Position numbers and translations under genes: made by a program
Notes under the pieces: generated by a model
The model's input: the letters and a program-made list of their open reading frames with translations, nothing else
The model's database searches: none
What the model was told of the DNA's origin: nothing
Part shown: in pieces, positions 16,712 through 28,500 of the stretch
Layout of the letters: each line of letters begins with the position of its first letter
Position numbering within the stretch: position 1 is the first letter of the stretch
Origin: a virus
DNA length: 64,000 bases
IMG/VR virus record: IMGVR_UViG_3300034524_000090
Coordinates: 1-64,000 of that record
Direction: 5' to 3' (one strand)

Positions 16712-17118
16712 TGCCTAACTTGGCTGATGTTATTCAAAATATAAGAATCCGTATAGGCGATTATGATGCATCTAATCAACGTTATAATGATGATTTTATT
16801 AAAAGAATTATTTCTATGGCACTTAGCAGTACCCCATTGAATAATTTAATTACTAATTTATTTATTAATGGGGATGATTTTAACAGAGTTATTACTCCTG
16901 CTGAGGAGAATTTAATTGCTATAAAAAGTCATTTGCAATATTTATATTCGTTAAAAACTACAACAGATAGGGATAATATTAGTATTACAAAGGGTCGTTT
17001 GCGTATCGATAATACCCAACAAAGCCGTGATATTGCTAATTCAATTACTATGGTTGAAGAAGAATTTAATAAAGCACTTTATTATAGTTTTGGTGTGAGT
17101 GGGGTACGGGTAGAATGA
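16711..17118 (+). CDS. putative head-tail adaptor
   Basis: IRIRIGD...RYNDD.I N-terminal pattern; position. Confidence 0.55.
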   Translation: MPNLADVIQNIRIRIGDYDASNQRYNDDFIKRIISMALSSTPLNNLITNLFINGDDFNRVITPAEENLIAIKSHLQYLYSLKTTTDRDNISITKGRLRIDNTQQSRDIANSITMVEEEFNKALYYSFGVSGVRVE

Positions 17119-17564
17119 TTAAAATACCTGATGCCAGTAGAATTGTTTCTTTGATCAGTGAAATTAATCATATTTATCCTGATACGATACAGATTTATAG
17201 GATTAAATCTCAACAGTATTGTCCTAGAAATCATTATGATCCTATTAGAAAAGTCGCTACTGATGTGAATTGTCCTATTTGTAAAGGCAAGGGTATTATT
17301 TATGAATATGAAAGTATTACTTTACCTGCTAATATAGATTATGTTGACGAAATACAGGCTCAATTTATCGAAGCAGGTACGGTTTTTATTGATAAATTAT
17401 ATATAACAATAGATAAAAACGAAATTACGACATATAATATTGAGCCTGATCAGATACAGTTTATTATGTATGATAATGTTAAATATAAAGTTAAGCAGTT
17501 CAGGAAGGAATATTTGAATGGTATTTATTATGAATTAGTTTTAGAAGTTGAAAGGATCGACTAG
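17115..17564 (+). CDS. putative head closure protein with Zn-binding insertion
   Basis: C...CPICKGKG; position after the adaptor. Confidence 0.5.
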   Translation: MIKIPDASRIVSLISEINHIYPDTIQIYRIKSQQYCPRNHYDPIRKVATDVNCPICKGKGIIYEYESITLPANIDYVDEIQAQFIEAGTVFIDKLYITIDKNEITTYNIEPDQIQFIMYDNVKYKVKQFRKEYLNGIYYELVLEVERID

Positions 17565-17567
17565 TTA

Positions 17568-18269
17568 ATGTTTGAGGAACTAATTCAGATGGCTATAGCA
17601 TTGACTGTAAATTCAATTAAAACTTTAACTATAGAAGATAATCATGAAGAGATAGAACGGAAAATAGAAAAATTAAGTAAGGTTTTTGAACAAGATAGCT
17701 TAACACAACTCATGAAGAGTGCTGGTAAAGAACTTAAAAAACAAGTGTTAAATAAGGGTAATTGGGCTTCTTCTTATGATTTAAGCGATTATGGGCAATT
17801 ATTGAATTATTTAGCCAATGAAGAGCCAACAGTTATTTATGATACTAAAACATCTAAAGTGGTGCTTGGATTTGGTAATATTGCCAATCTTAATCAAATA
17901 AAACGTTCTGCCGACACAGGTTTAATTAGATTGAGTCGTGATGGTCAAGTACGGGAAATTAATTTAAAAGCAGGCGATTTTCCTTATTGGATTGCGGCAG
18001 AATTTGGTATTTTGGCTCGTGGTGAAGATCCTCCAGGTTATTTAGGCTTACCCCCAAGAAAATCAACTACAAAGTATTCTCCTTTAAAACTAGATTCGCT
18101 TAAACCTAGTGGTAAACCTCATTTCATTATGGTTAAATCTAAAGTTAGACCGCCGCATCCAGGTGTTTATCCTACAAGATTATTTAGACGTGGGTTAAAT
18201 GTTGTGCGTCAAAAACAATTTATTGAAAAGAAATTGGATGCTTTAGTTAAAAAAGCCCTGCAATCTTAA
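17568..18269 (+). CDS. putative neck/tail-completion protein
   Basis: AAEFG and HPG..P.RLF motifs as in HK97 gp10-like proteins. Confidence 0.5.
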   Translation: MFEELIQMAIALTVNSIKTLTIEDNHEEIERKIEKLSKVFEQDSLTQLMKSAGKELKKQVLNKGNWASSYDLSDYGQLLNYLANEEPTVIYDTKTSKVVLGFGNIANLNQIKRSADTGLIRLSRDGQVREINLKAGDFPYWIAAEFGILARGEDPPGYLGLPPRKSTTKYSPLKLDSLKPSGKPHFIMVKSKVRPPHPGVYPTRLFRRGLNVVRQKQFIEKKLDALVKKALQS

Positions 18270-18285
18270 TTGGGGGTGAGTTTTA

Positions 18286-18639
18286 TTGAGTGAATTTGAT
18301 GTTTTACAAGAGCGTATTACGGCGTTAAAAAGTGAAAATAATTTAGTTCATGAACAGTTGGCCCAACAGATAAGTAATGTTTCACAAATGTTAGTTGAAG
18401 AACGTAGAAGAACTAATGGTAGTTTAGATAAATTAGGCATTGAGATGCAAAGAATGAGAGAAACTTTTGAAGAAAAGATAAATGTATTATCAACCAATAT
18501 TGATGATATACAAGCGCAGGTTGTTGTTTTAACCCAATCAAGACCAGATTGGAAAAATTCATATATAATAACTTTTTTAAGTACCTTATGTGGAATACTT
18601 ATGTCGTATGTTATTACTATGAAGTTTTTTGTTAGGTAG
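18286..18639 (+). CDS. coiled-coil protein with C-terminal membrane anchor (XhlA-like architecture)
   Basis: Helical coiled coil followed by a single hydrophobic segment. Confidence 0.5.
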   Translation: MSEFDVLQERITALKSENNLVHEQLAQQISNVSQMLVEERRRTNGSLDKLGIEMQRMRETFEEKINVLSTNIDDIQAQVVVLTQSRPDWKNSYIITFLSTLCGILMSYVITMKFFVR

Positions 18640-18662
18640 TTGGTTAAAGGTGGCGAAGTCCG

Positions 18663-19364
18663 ATGGGCATGTCACGACTAAGGAATATAGAAGCCAGTTT
18701 GTATTATTATATTTTTGATTTGCTTTCTATAAAAAATGACCCTAATGATGCGACATTGTTACCATTATCTACAACTAACTTTAAATTTCCTAAAGGCGAA
18801 ATAAATTTTTTTAAGCCTATAGCGGTTTATGTTGACGGTATTTTAGCTCAAAATTATGTAATTAATTATAATGAGGGGACAGTAATTTTTAATAATCCCC
18901 TTTCTACTGATGTAGTATGTACTGCCGATTATTATTATACTCCTGTTAAGGTGTTAACAGCTTTTCCTGATATGTTAAATGAAGTTGTAATTTTGCCATC
19001 AGTAGCTATTGAATACGATGAAAGTAGTTATATGCCAGTAGAGCTTGGTACATCTACAAAAAAAGAAGCACGTCATCAGTTTACATTTGGCGTTTTTGCA
19101 GGTAGTGGTGCTGAAAAACTTGATATTAGTGATAAATTAATTGAAAATATGTTTGACAAAACAATACCTTTAATCGACTTTAATATTGCTTTTCCATTGA
19201 CAGCAGATGGTTTTTTAAATGTTAGTTTTAATAAAGAAAAACAAACAATTGGATTTTTGGATTTTGAGGAGGTTGTTCAAAGATCATTTAGGACTGAAAA
19301 ATATGGCGACATAGAACTCAATGTGATGCTGATTGATGCTGTTGTTGTTGATTATATTCTTTAA
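18663..19364 (+). CDS. putative tail terminator protein
   Basis: LPSVAIEY...P.ELG...F.VFA pattern; directly upstream of the tail tube gene. Confidence 0.55.
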   Translation: MGMSRLRNIEASLYYYIFDLLSIKNDPNDATLLPLSTTNFKFPKGEINFFKPIAVYVDGILAQNYVINYNEGTVIFNNPLSTDVVCTADYYYTPVKVLTAFPDMLNEVVILPSVAIEYDESSYMPVELGTSTKKEARHQFTFGVFAGSGAEKLDISDKLIENMFDKTIPLIDFNIAFPLTADGFLNVSFNKEKQTIGFLDFEEVVQRSFRTEKYGDIELNVMLIDAVVVDYIL

Positions 19365-19381
19365 AAAAGGAGTGATTTGCT

Positions 19382-20935
19382 TTGGCAAAACCTACCAGGG
19401 TAAGATATTCTAGTGTTGGTGTTTTTGTTGATGATATTGATATGGATCGTGTACAGACTGTAGGAGCTAGTACACGATACAACGATCAGGAACTTCGTGA
19501 ATTAGGTACTCTAAATATTATTGAAGTTGCTGAGGATTTGCCGACTATTGATGTAATTCTTGACACTAATGAATATGGTTCCAATAAGACTTTGGCTACT
19601 TTTGCCAATAAAGGCTTTGGGTGTAGGGTGTTTGCTGTACCTACTGATACCGCCGCAGGTTCTAATAAAGTTAAACTTGAAGCAGGTGCAGTAGTAATTA
19701 ATGGGGTTCGTATTCCTGTGCAAGCCGCCGAGATTGAGATTACCCAACGTGGAGCTTATACTATTTCTATTAAGCCTGATCCGAATGCTAGTCCACAATA
19801 CAGTCTAACAGTTGATGCGTATGATGCGACCAATAATCCTAATCCTACTCCTCCTGCTGTACCTGCTGGCGAAGTAGGAATTGCTCAAATTAGTGCAACT
19901 GATGATACTTTGGTTGTAACTCAAGATATGATTACTGATATACGTGATTTCAAGACTATTAATATAACCGATTTTGAATTGGCTAAGGCTGATATTTATA
20001 TTCCTGTTATTCCGTCTGGTTCTAATACGATTGAACGTACCTGTTATTTAGAGAATGTTTATATTACTCGTATTGATATGTCTTATTCTGTAGACGGTGT
20101 TGCTACTGAAAACTATTCTGCTGAAACTGATGCTAAGAAATGGCTATTTAATGATGCTAAACAGGTCATTGTAGAACAGTTTAGGGCTACCAATGATCAG
20201 ACAACTTATACTTTGGCCTATACGCCTACTAAATTGGCCGATGGTAGGTATTATCTGAAAATTGTTAAGAATGGTCAGGAAATTGATGCTACAGTTGATC
20301 CTGCTACTAAAACTGTAACCTTCTCTCCTGCTTTGGTGTTGGGCGATCAGGTAAAAATCAGGTATTGTTCCAACCAGGGTGGTTTATTCCATGTTCAAAC
20401 TGATAATATGGTGCCCGATAGTTATGAACATCCTGGCGGTGTAAGAAGGGCCTATGTTGAGGTTTATTTAACTGAAGGTGGTTCTGATAATAAACTTGGC
20501 CGTGTTCAGTCTAGTAGGATTACTGCTAATTTAACTCGTCAAGCTCTCCAGGAACTTGGTAAGATGAAGCCTTATGATCGTCCGTTGAATTTGCCTGTTG
20601 AGATTACTGCTTCTCTGGAATTTACTGATAGTGATCTTGAGGTTTTGGCAAGGTTGGCTGGCAAGGCTTATAATCCTGATACTGGTGTTGATCCGAGTGT
20701 TGTTGAGCTTAATGTGCGAGATCTTTTGAAAGACCGTGGTCTTTTGATTGAGATTTATAGGCTCGACGATGAAAAACGGGCCAAGTTGCCTGCTAATCAT
20801 CCTTGGCTGTATCCGCTAAAGAAGATTAGGATACCCTATCTGATCCCGACTTCTGAAAACTGGGAAGTGCGGGTTGAAAATAATGCTACTCAGACGTTTG
20901 AATTTAGGAGTTATCAGTTGCAGATTACTGCTTAG
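19382..20935 (+). CDS. major tail (tube) protein with inserted Ig-like domains
   Basis: Two RVQ...ELG half repeats; beta-rich insertions; highly-expressed codon bias; precedes chaperones and tape measure. Confidence 0.7.
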   Translation: MAKPTRVRYSSVGVFVDDIDMDRVQTVGASTRYNDQELRELGTLNIIEVAEDLPTIDVILDTNEYGSNKTLATFANKGFGCRVFAVPTDTAAGSNKVKLEAGAVVINGVRIPVQAAEIEITQRGAYTISIKPDPNASPQYSLTVDAYDATNNPNPTPPAVPAGEVGIAQISATDDTLVVTQDMITDIRDFKTINITDFELAKADIYIPVIPSGSNTIERTCYLENVYITRIDMSYSVDGVATENYSAETDAKKWLFNDAKQVIVEQFRATNDQTTYTLAYTPTKLADGRYYLKIVKNGQEIDATVDPATKTVTFSPALVLGDQVKIRYCSNQGGLFHVQTDNMVPDSYEHPGGVRRAYVEVYLTEGGSDNKLGRVQSSRITANLTRQALQELGKMKPYDRPLNLPVEITASLEFTDSDLEVLARLAGKAYNPDTGVDPSVVELNVRDLLKDRGLLIEIYRLDDEKRAKLPANHPWLYPLKKIRIPYLIPTSENWEVRVENNATQTFEFRSYQLQITA

Positions 20936-20971
20936 TTTTACATTTTAAATTAAGGAAGGGGGGTTGGGTTT

Positions 20972-21124
20972 ATGGTTGATTATTTGCATGTAAGAGCTGT
21001 AGATCCTAATGCTTTGTATAAATCTGATGGGACAGTTATAGCGTTAGGTAGAGCTTATAGTCGAGGTGAATATATTGTAAAAGAAAATAAGATATATATA
21101 CCTAATCCGTTTTTGATGGTTTAA
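20972..21124 (+). CDS. small hypothetical protein (50 aa)
   Basis: Read manually: MVDYLHVRAVDPNALYKSDG...; G-rich RBS. Confidence 0.55.
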   Translation: MVDYLHVRAVDPNALYKSDGTVIALGRAYSRGEYIVKENKIYIPNPFLMV

Positions 21125-21191
21125 GGGTATTTGATATGGTGATGACAAATGGTAAAAATAAAACCTAATAATAAGTTGGGGGTAGGTTTAA

Positions 21192-21455
21192 TTGGTCTTA
21201 GGAAGTAAAAATAGTAAGGATCGGGAAATTCTCCTGAATAAAATTTCAGGGGCAATTACGAGGGTTTTTGTAGAAGCTTTGAAAATACTTGAAACTAATA
21301 TTAAAGATGAAGAACTTTATAGGCAGTTGCGTTATAGAATTTTACAGACTGGCAATGAACAAATTAATTATGTTTATCGGCTTTTAAATCGATATGAAGT
21401 AGTGTATAAACCTGTACGGCGTGAAGTGTTTGAGCGTGACGATAAAAGAAGTTAA
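21192..21455 (+). CDS. hypothetical protein
   Basis: ORF track; operon context. Confidence 0.6.
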   Translation: MVLGSKNSKDREILLNKISGAITRVFVEALKILETNIKDEELYRQLRYRILQTGNEQINYVYRLLNRYEVVYKPVRREVFERDDKRS

Positions 21456-21465
21456 GTAGCCTTGG

Positions 21466-21506
21466 AGGACAAAGGAATACCTACTGGTGTTCTTTTGTCC
21501 TTTTTT
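21466..21506 (+). terminator. intrinsic terminator inside the tail operon
   Basis: 16-bp stem AGGACAAAGGAATACC/GGTGTTCTTTTGTCCT (two G-U pairs), loop TACT, followed by a T-run. Confidence 0.75.
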
Positions 21507-21542
21507 ATCTTAATTGTTGAAAATTTATTAGGAGGGTTTACG

Positions 21543-22211
21543 ATGGGAGAGGCTAAAAATAAGGAACGTGAAAAACAGCTTAATGATGCTTTGCAGGAGA
21601 CAATAACTGGCTACAAGGTTTTTGAGGTTGAAGATTTCGGCACTGTTAAAGTAAGACATCCTTCTATCGAAGAAGGTCACATGGCCGATTATTATTACAC
21701 TAAAGCTTATAACAAGGCTCTTATGGATGATATTCCAATTAATGAGGAAATGGAAAAGATTATTAGAAAAAGAGGATTGTGGACTGAGGAAGACGATAAA
21801 AAGTTAAAAGAATTAGAAGAAAAAATTGGTAGCGTAATGACTGCAATTAGCAAAGTTAAAGGTGAAAAAGCGAAAGAACCTTTCTATAAAGAACTTAATG
21901 AACTTCAAAATGAACGCATTGCTTTGAGAAATAGATATAATAGTCATTTTAATTATACTGTTGAATCTATTGCGGAACAGCAACGGGTAAGTTATTTGAC
22001 TTGGGCTTGTACTTATAATACTGAAACTAATGAACGTCTATGGCCTACTTATGAAGATTTTAAAAAGGAAACCAATCAAAAAGCTGTGGCAGATATTGCT
22101 TTTAACCTTCTCTCGTTCTTGATGGGTTTGGATGACAAAATACTTTCTGAACCCCTCCAGGAACTCGAAGAAGGCCCTGGAGGGGAAGACAATACTGAGA
22201 GCAATAGCTAA
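21543..22211 (+). CDS. tail assembly chaperone (G-like)
   Basis: RBS GGAGGG before ATG 21543; acidic helical protein upstream of the tape measure. Confidence 0.7.
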   Translation: MGEAKNKEREKQLNDALQETITGYKVFEVEDFGTVKVRHPSIEEGHMADYYYTKAYNKALMDDIPINEEMEKIIRKRGLWTEEDDKKLKELEEKIGSVMTAISKVKGEKAKEPFYKELNELQNERIALRNRYNSHFNYTVESIAEQQRVSYLTWACTYNTETNERLWPTYEDFKKETNQKAVADIAFNLLSFLMGLDDKILSEPLQELEEGPGGEDNTESNS

Positions 22212-22581
22212 AGGTGAAGGGTCAGCAGGTGCTAGGTGGCGTTTAATTTGGCGTTCTGCTAAAGCTTCTGGCACTGCCCCCTTCCCTGGTAATCCTGCTG
22301 ATTGGGATATTAATAAATTACGGTTAGTATATTGGGCTAATTTTTATGATTCTGTTTACAATAGTCTTAATCGTCCTCCACAGTGGGTTATTGAGGATGA
22401 TGAGTTGTTAGATAAATGGGCCGAAGAGCAAGGAAAAGAAATGGAAGAGCGTGCTGAAGCAGAATATCAAAAAGCCCAAAAGAATTTACACCATACGATG
22501 CCTACAGCTTGGGATAAGCCAACAGTTTTTGTAATAGAACGAGATAATTTAAGATACGATCCTATTCCACGTTCTGAGTAA
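22132..22581 (+). CDS. tail assembly chaperone extension (T-like), overlapping in the +1 frame
   Basis: Overlaps the previous ORF by 80 nt; YDSVY...PP.WVIEDDELLDKW; directly before the tape measure. Confidence 0.65.
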   Translation: MTKYFLNPSRNSKKALEGKTILRAIAKGEGSAGARWRLIWRSAKASGTAPFPGNPADWDINKLRLVYWANFYDSVYNSLNRPPQWVIEDDELLDKWAEEQGKEMEERAEAEYQKAQKNLHHTMPTAWDKPTVFVIERDNLRYDPIPRSE

Positions 22582-22596
22582 AAAGGGGGGACTACA

Positions 22597-25500
22597 ATGG
22601 CAAAAGGGGAAACAACGGCGGCGGGTGGGCTTAGTACACAATATGTAATTACTGCCGAAATGCAGGCAGAAGGTGTAAAAGAAACATTAAGTAGTATAGC
22701 AGAGGCTTTAACAAAGATTAATACTGCGCTTCAGGGTATACGCGGTGGGCCTACTATACCTCCTCCTCAACCTGATCCTAAAGCGGGAGAAAAATATAAA
22801 GATCAGCTTAATAAACAAATAGATGATGCTCATAAGGATGTATCTAGGAATCGACGTGGTAAAAAAACTCAAGTAGAAATTCCGATTGATTTTAAGCCCC
22901 AGGTTACTTCTACTACTACTTCTTTTTTAGAAAAACAAATTACAGCGACTTATGGTAATAAAAGTCTAAAAGATATTAATAAAGCACTGAATTCTTATAC
23001 TAATCAACTTAAAAATCTTTTTACAAGATTCGCCGTAGAAACAGAAAAAATAATGCGGGGCGAAGAAAGCAAGGTTGATTTAAAAGCTTTAGAGAAAAAA
23101 GCTTCAGTTTTAGCTACTAGTACTGATATTTTAAACCAAATGGCAGAAAAGGCCAAGGTAAAAGAAGAACAAGAAGCATTACGACTGATTGAGCAACAAA
23201 AAGCTCAAGCAGAACAATTTGCTCAAAAATATGAACAACACCGTAAAGATACTTTGGAAAGAATTAAAAACATAACTTTACAGAGCTATCAAGGTAAAGA
23301 TTATTCTTCCATTCAACGGGCCTACGAGTCTGCTTTAAAACAAAGAACTGATTTATTAGTTAAATTGCAAGAGCTTGATGTGCAGGCTTTACAAGATCCC
23401 ACTTCAGGTAAAAAAACTAGAGAAAAAATGCTTTTTAAGCAGGAAGTTTTAGATGCTAGAATTGAGGCTTTACGTTCTTTATTAGATAATGCTAATGAAC
23501 AAGAAAGAATAGCGCAAGAGTATTTAGCTAAACTACAGAGAGTAAGAGAATTATTGAATAAATCTAAACTTGATTTTGAAGCTTATAAACAAAGCCTTAC
23601 GCCTTTAGAATTTTATCGTAATGTCCAACAAATTGGTCGTTTAGCTCATACACTTCGTCAAGCAGAGGAGTATTTTGAAATAGTCCAGCAAACTGGTTCT
23701 GCTAAAGCTTTAGATAAAGCACAAAGTTTATTGGAAAGATTTAAAAATCAATCTGATTTGATTACTGGTCGTCAAGAGCTACTACAGCATTTTTCTAAAG
23801 AGCAGGTTGCAGAAATTGAACACCAGATGCGATGGGAGCAGGCTTTGATAAGAAGCAGGAATGCTATTGCGGCTCGTGCTATGGGCGGTGCGGCAGAAAG
23901 CCATTCTATTATTTATCGTGATTTGGCTAAAGGTTTTGATCCTGAAAAATGGCAAAAATACTATACTCTAGGCAAACAATTAGAACGGATTCGGGCGCAA
24001 TTAATAGAAAGTATTGTGCGGCAAAAAGTTTTAGGTATTAGTAGTTATAGCGTTATTCCTCTTTTTGATGAAATGGGAAACAAAGTAGGCCAGTTTGCTG
24101 TTTTAGTAGACAGAAGCGGTAAAGTATTAATTAATTTTGAACGTGGTTTGAAAGAACTATTTACCACAATGTTTTATCGTATGAGCGTTTGGGCTGTTGC
24201 TACACAGGGCGTTTATATGTTTATTAACGGTCTTAAAAATGCTGTTAATTATATTATTGAAGTATCTCGTAATATTGCTCTTTTAAAAGTGGCCGCTGAA
24301 GGTATGGACTTTGGTAAATTGTTTAAGGGCCTCATTAATACTGTTGCTGAATATGGTGGCGATTTAAAATCTGTTATTGATATTGTTTATGAATTTGTTA
24401 AGGTTTTAGGTAATGAACAAGAAGCTTTAAGGGCTACTAGATTGGCTTTGATAGCCTATAATATTTCTGGTTTGGACTATAAGGAATCTGCTACCCTATT
24501 AATTGGCGTAATGAAACAATATGGCCTGACTATAAAAGAAACAGAGCAGTTATTAGACGCCTGGGCTTTGGCTTCTAAACGGGGTACTGTTGACTTCAAA
24601 GAGATGGCTCAAGCTTTTAACCAAACAGCCGCTTCTGCTAAATCTTTAGGTATTTCTATGCAGGAACTAACTGCTTTAATTGAATTAGTTGGTACTGCTA
24701 CTGGTGAAAGCGGCGCTGTTTTAGGTACGTTTATGAAATTTATTCTTGAACATGCTCGTGATTTAGACGTTTTGAGTATTTTACAAAATAATTTAGGAAT
24801 TAATGTGTTAAAAGCCAATGGAGCTTATCGTGATACTGCCGATATTTTAGCTGAATTGGCAGAAAAATGGAATAATCTTAATGATTCTCAAAAACAATAT
24901 ATTAGTGAAGCATGGGCTGGTGTACGTCAAGGGCCTAGATTTAAAGCTTTAATGGAAACAATGAGTAGTGGCGAGTATGGTGATTTATTAAGAGAAATCA
25001 ATATGGCTCAAGGCGAAGCTGCCGCTCAAAATGCCGAAGTTATGAATACTTTAGAAGGCCAATTAAGACGTTTGCGTAGCAACTATAGTGGTTTTATTAC
25101 TTCCTTTTCTGATACAGGGCCAGCTAGAGCTTTAAAAGAATTATTAATAATACTTAATAGTTTTATTGGTGGCGTACAAAAATTAAATAATATTGGTATT
25201 CATACTGCTGATATAATTTTGGGTATTTTAGGTGCAATTGGATTAAAATTTTATGAACTTGGTCGTAAGACAAAAAGTGTAGTTGGCGAATTGGTTCAAG
25301 ATATTACGGTGGCTACCAAATCGGTTCAAAGTAATTTAGATGCAATAGCGGCTAAATTAGGCGCAACTATGCGTGTTGTTCCAGGTGATATTAAGAGACG
25401 TATTGAGGTTGCCTTTGGTTCAGAATTATCACCAGAAGAAATTAATCGGGTTTCACAACAATTTATGGCTTTTGCTGAAAGCCAGGGTTGGACTAAAACA

Positions 25501-28500
25501 GAAAAACCAGAACGTTCTTTTATTTTCGAGCAGAGATTTAAAGAATTACGAGCACAATATCAGGTTATAAATCGTTATAGTGTCAGAAGTGATTTTACAA
25601 AAAATTTATTAACTGATTTTCAGGCTTTAAAACAAGCATTAATTGAGCTTGGTCAACATTGGAGAGTGGTTAGCGCTGAAACTTTAAATTGGTCTAGGAT
25701 TAGTAGAATTGCTATAAGTGGTGTTAGAACTGCTGTTTTAGGTTTAGGGACCGCTATTGTTAGTGCTTTTAAGTGGTTTCTTATTATTGAAGCTGTTATG
25801 AAAGCATTTGAATTATTCTCGAGAATGCTTGATAAAATTAGGGAAGAACGTATAGAACGCCAAGAAATGGGTTATAAGTTACCTTATCTTAACTATCAAG
25901 AAGTACAGGATATTTATAATCGTTGGGATGAGATTAGAAATATTCGGCCATTGAGCGAAGAAGAACAAAATAAACTAAGTGAATTACAATCGAGGATTTT
26001 ACAGGGCGAAGTTTTATCGGCGGGCGATGAATCTTATTATAAAGCGTTAAAAGAACGTCAGGAAATGTTGCGTCAACGTAATAATTTAGAGGTTATAGCT
26101 AAGGCTATGCAGGAAGCTACTTTGGCTTATTACTCGCAATTTTCTGATATTCTTATAACTCCTTCTGTTAGTTTAGATGAATTTAGGGAACAATATTTAA
26201 AAGAACATTATGGTTTAAGTACACAGAAAAAGGCTACTGAAGAACAACAGAAGACAATGCAAGCGATTATACCAGATCTTAATGCTATTAAAGCCCAAGA
26301 AGAAGAATTAAATCGTTGGTTAGATATTAATAATAGACTATTAGATCGACGTTTTACTATTTTACAAAGGTTAAAAGATAGTTATATGGACTTAGGCTTC
26401 AGTGAGAATTATTATGCTAATGTAGTGGGCGAGATCTACTCTACTTTTGATTCTGTAGTTCAATATTATGAAAATCTTTCTGGCCGTTATAGTCAGGCCC
26501 AGGCTAACTTTTTACGGGCGCAAGCGGCTTTAATTAATGAGCGTCAACGTCTAGCAAGTGAGGGCAAGTTAGAAGCTGTTGAGAGGGCTTATTATAGTGG
26601 CGTTACTACGGAAAATGATGATGTAACTGCGATTAACCAATATAAACAAATAATGGAAGCTTATGAGCGCAGTTATAGCATTTATACTAAGACACAAGAT
26701 GCTATGACTGAAGCTGAAAATAAAATGATAGATTTAAAGAAACAGACGTTAGAAACCATTTTATCAACAGAACAGTACGCTGGCGTTTGGGATAATATTC
26801 AGCAAAGAGTTAAATTAGTACAACAGCTTTTGAGCGAAGTAAGGTATCATCCATTTAAGATACAAGGTATTTTTAATGTGGCTGATTTTGGTAAGACGGT
26901 TTTTGGTCGTGGTTGGGATAGTATTGATTATATGGTAAGTAATATTACCCAACAAATTAATTCTATGTTTGGTCAAATTGCAGAAATAGAATTTATGAGA
27001 TTAACTGCTGGTAGCGATACGGAAGCTTTAAAGAAAGCCCTTGAAGATTTGTTGCCAATGGATGAAAAAATTTATAAAAAAGTAACAGAGCCTTTATTAT
27101 CTAAAACAGATCAATTAATGGTTAGTATGGGAAATTTGCGTGATAGTATTGATAAATTAAAGAGCAGTTTTGAATCTGGTGGGCAAAACATTTCTTTTCC
27201 TGGTGCGGGAACCGTTGCGGGCATTTCTCGTTATAAAGAATCAGATAATGAAAGTTCTTTCCCTGGTGCTGGAACTGTGGCTGGACTTAATTATGGCCTT
27301 ACTCAACCACAAAAAGCGTCTACTGGTCTTAAAACGGGAAGAGACATAATGCAACATTTAATGAAGTATGGTATTCCTGAAGCTGATGCTAGAATTTTGG
27401 CGGCAGTTGCTTTTGGAGAAAGTAGTTATAATCCTAATGCGGTGGGCGATTCTGGTCAAAGTATTGGCTTATTCCAGATTCATATGCCTGCTCATGCGGA
27501 CAAATTAAGGAGAGTTACTGGTAGTGATAATCCTGAAGATTGGATAAGGTATTTACAAGATCCCTATAAGAATATTTATATGGCTTATGAGGTTTATAAG
27601 AGTCAGGGTCTTGGGGCTTGGACTGTATATAAAAAGGGTACTTATAAACCCTATTTGGATATATTAGATCGATTGGAAATCGGAAAAGGTACAAATAATG
27701 CTTTGATTACTAAAACAATGGGCGAGCATCAAAAAGCAATTAATACATTAGAAGATATGAGAATACGTTATTATGAAATGATTAATAGCAATATTAATTT
27801 GTTGCCAAAGGCTTTTGAGGGCGTTGTGGAATTTATTCAAGATCGAATTAATTTATTAAATAAAATTGGCGAAATATGGTATGAGGCTAATAATGCACGT
27901 ACCGAAGTTGTAAAAACTAAATTGGATTTGGTTTATAATACCATGTTGCAGTTTCCGCAGTTAGTTGATCAATTATATGACAGGTTAAAAGAGACAGTAA
28001 CGGAATTATTTAATATTAGTAGACGAAATATAGAAGAACAAACCCAACGTCAATTAATTTTCAATAATTTATTAGGTAGCGTTAGTTTTGATAAAAAACG
28101 TTCTGAAGTATTTCAACAAGCAATACAACAATATGAAGAATTGGCTAATAATTTGCCTATAGAACAGTTGCCGCAGGTTAGGGATGCAATTAAAGAGAAA
28201 TTATCGTTATGGTTAAGTGCGTTCTTAAAAGAATCTTTTGACAAAACTATAAACGAATTTAATATTAATTTATTGACTAGTGGTTTAACAGTTTTGGGTG
28301 TAAGGGGTTTAGGTGATAGCATAATTCAAACACTTGTAGAAGCGATACAAACTGCTCCTTTGGCTTTACGGCCACAATTGTTTAATCTTTTACAGAAAAC
28401 TTTGCCTGTTGTAGAAGATTTAAGAAATAATCCTGGTTTAGATGCCAGTATCGTAAAACAAAGTGTGATTAATTTAATTAATAGTGCAGTAGATACACCT

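Noticed and set aside
19382-20935. Contractile tail sheath
   Set aside because: No sheath motifs and no baseplate wedge/J-like genes; gene order fits a non-contractile tail
21462-21542. N-terminal 27 codons of the chaperone ORF
   Set aside because: Spans a terminator hairpin; a good RBS precedes ATG 21543
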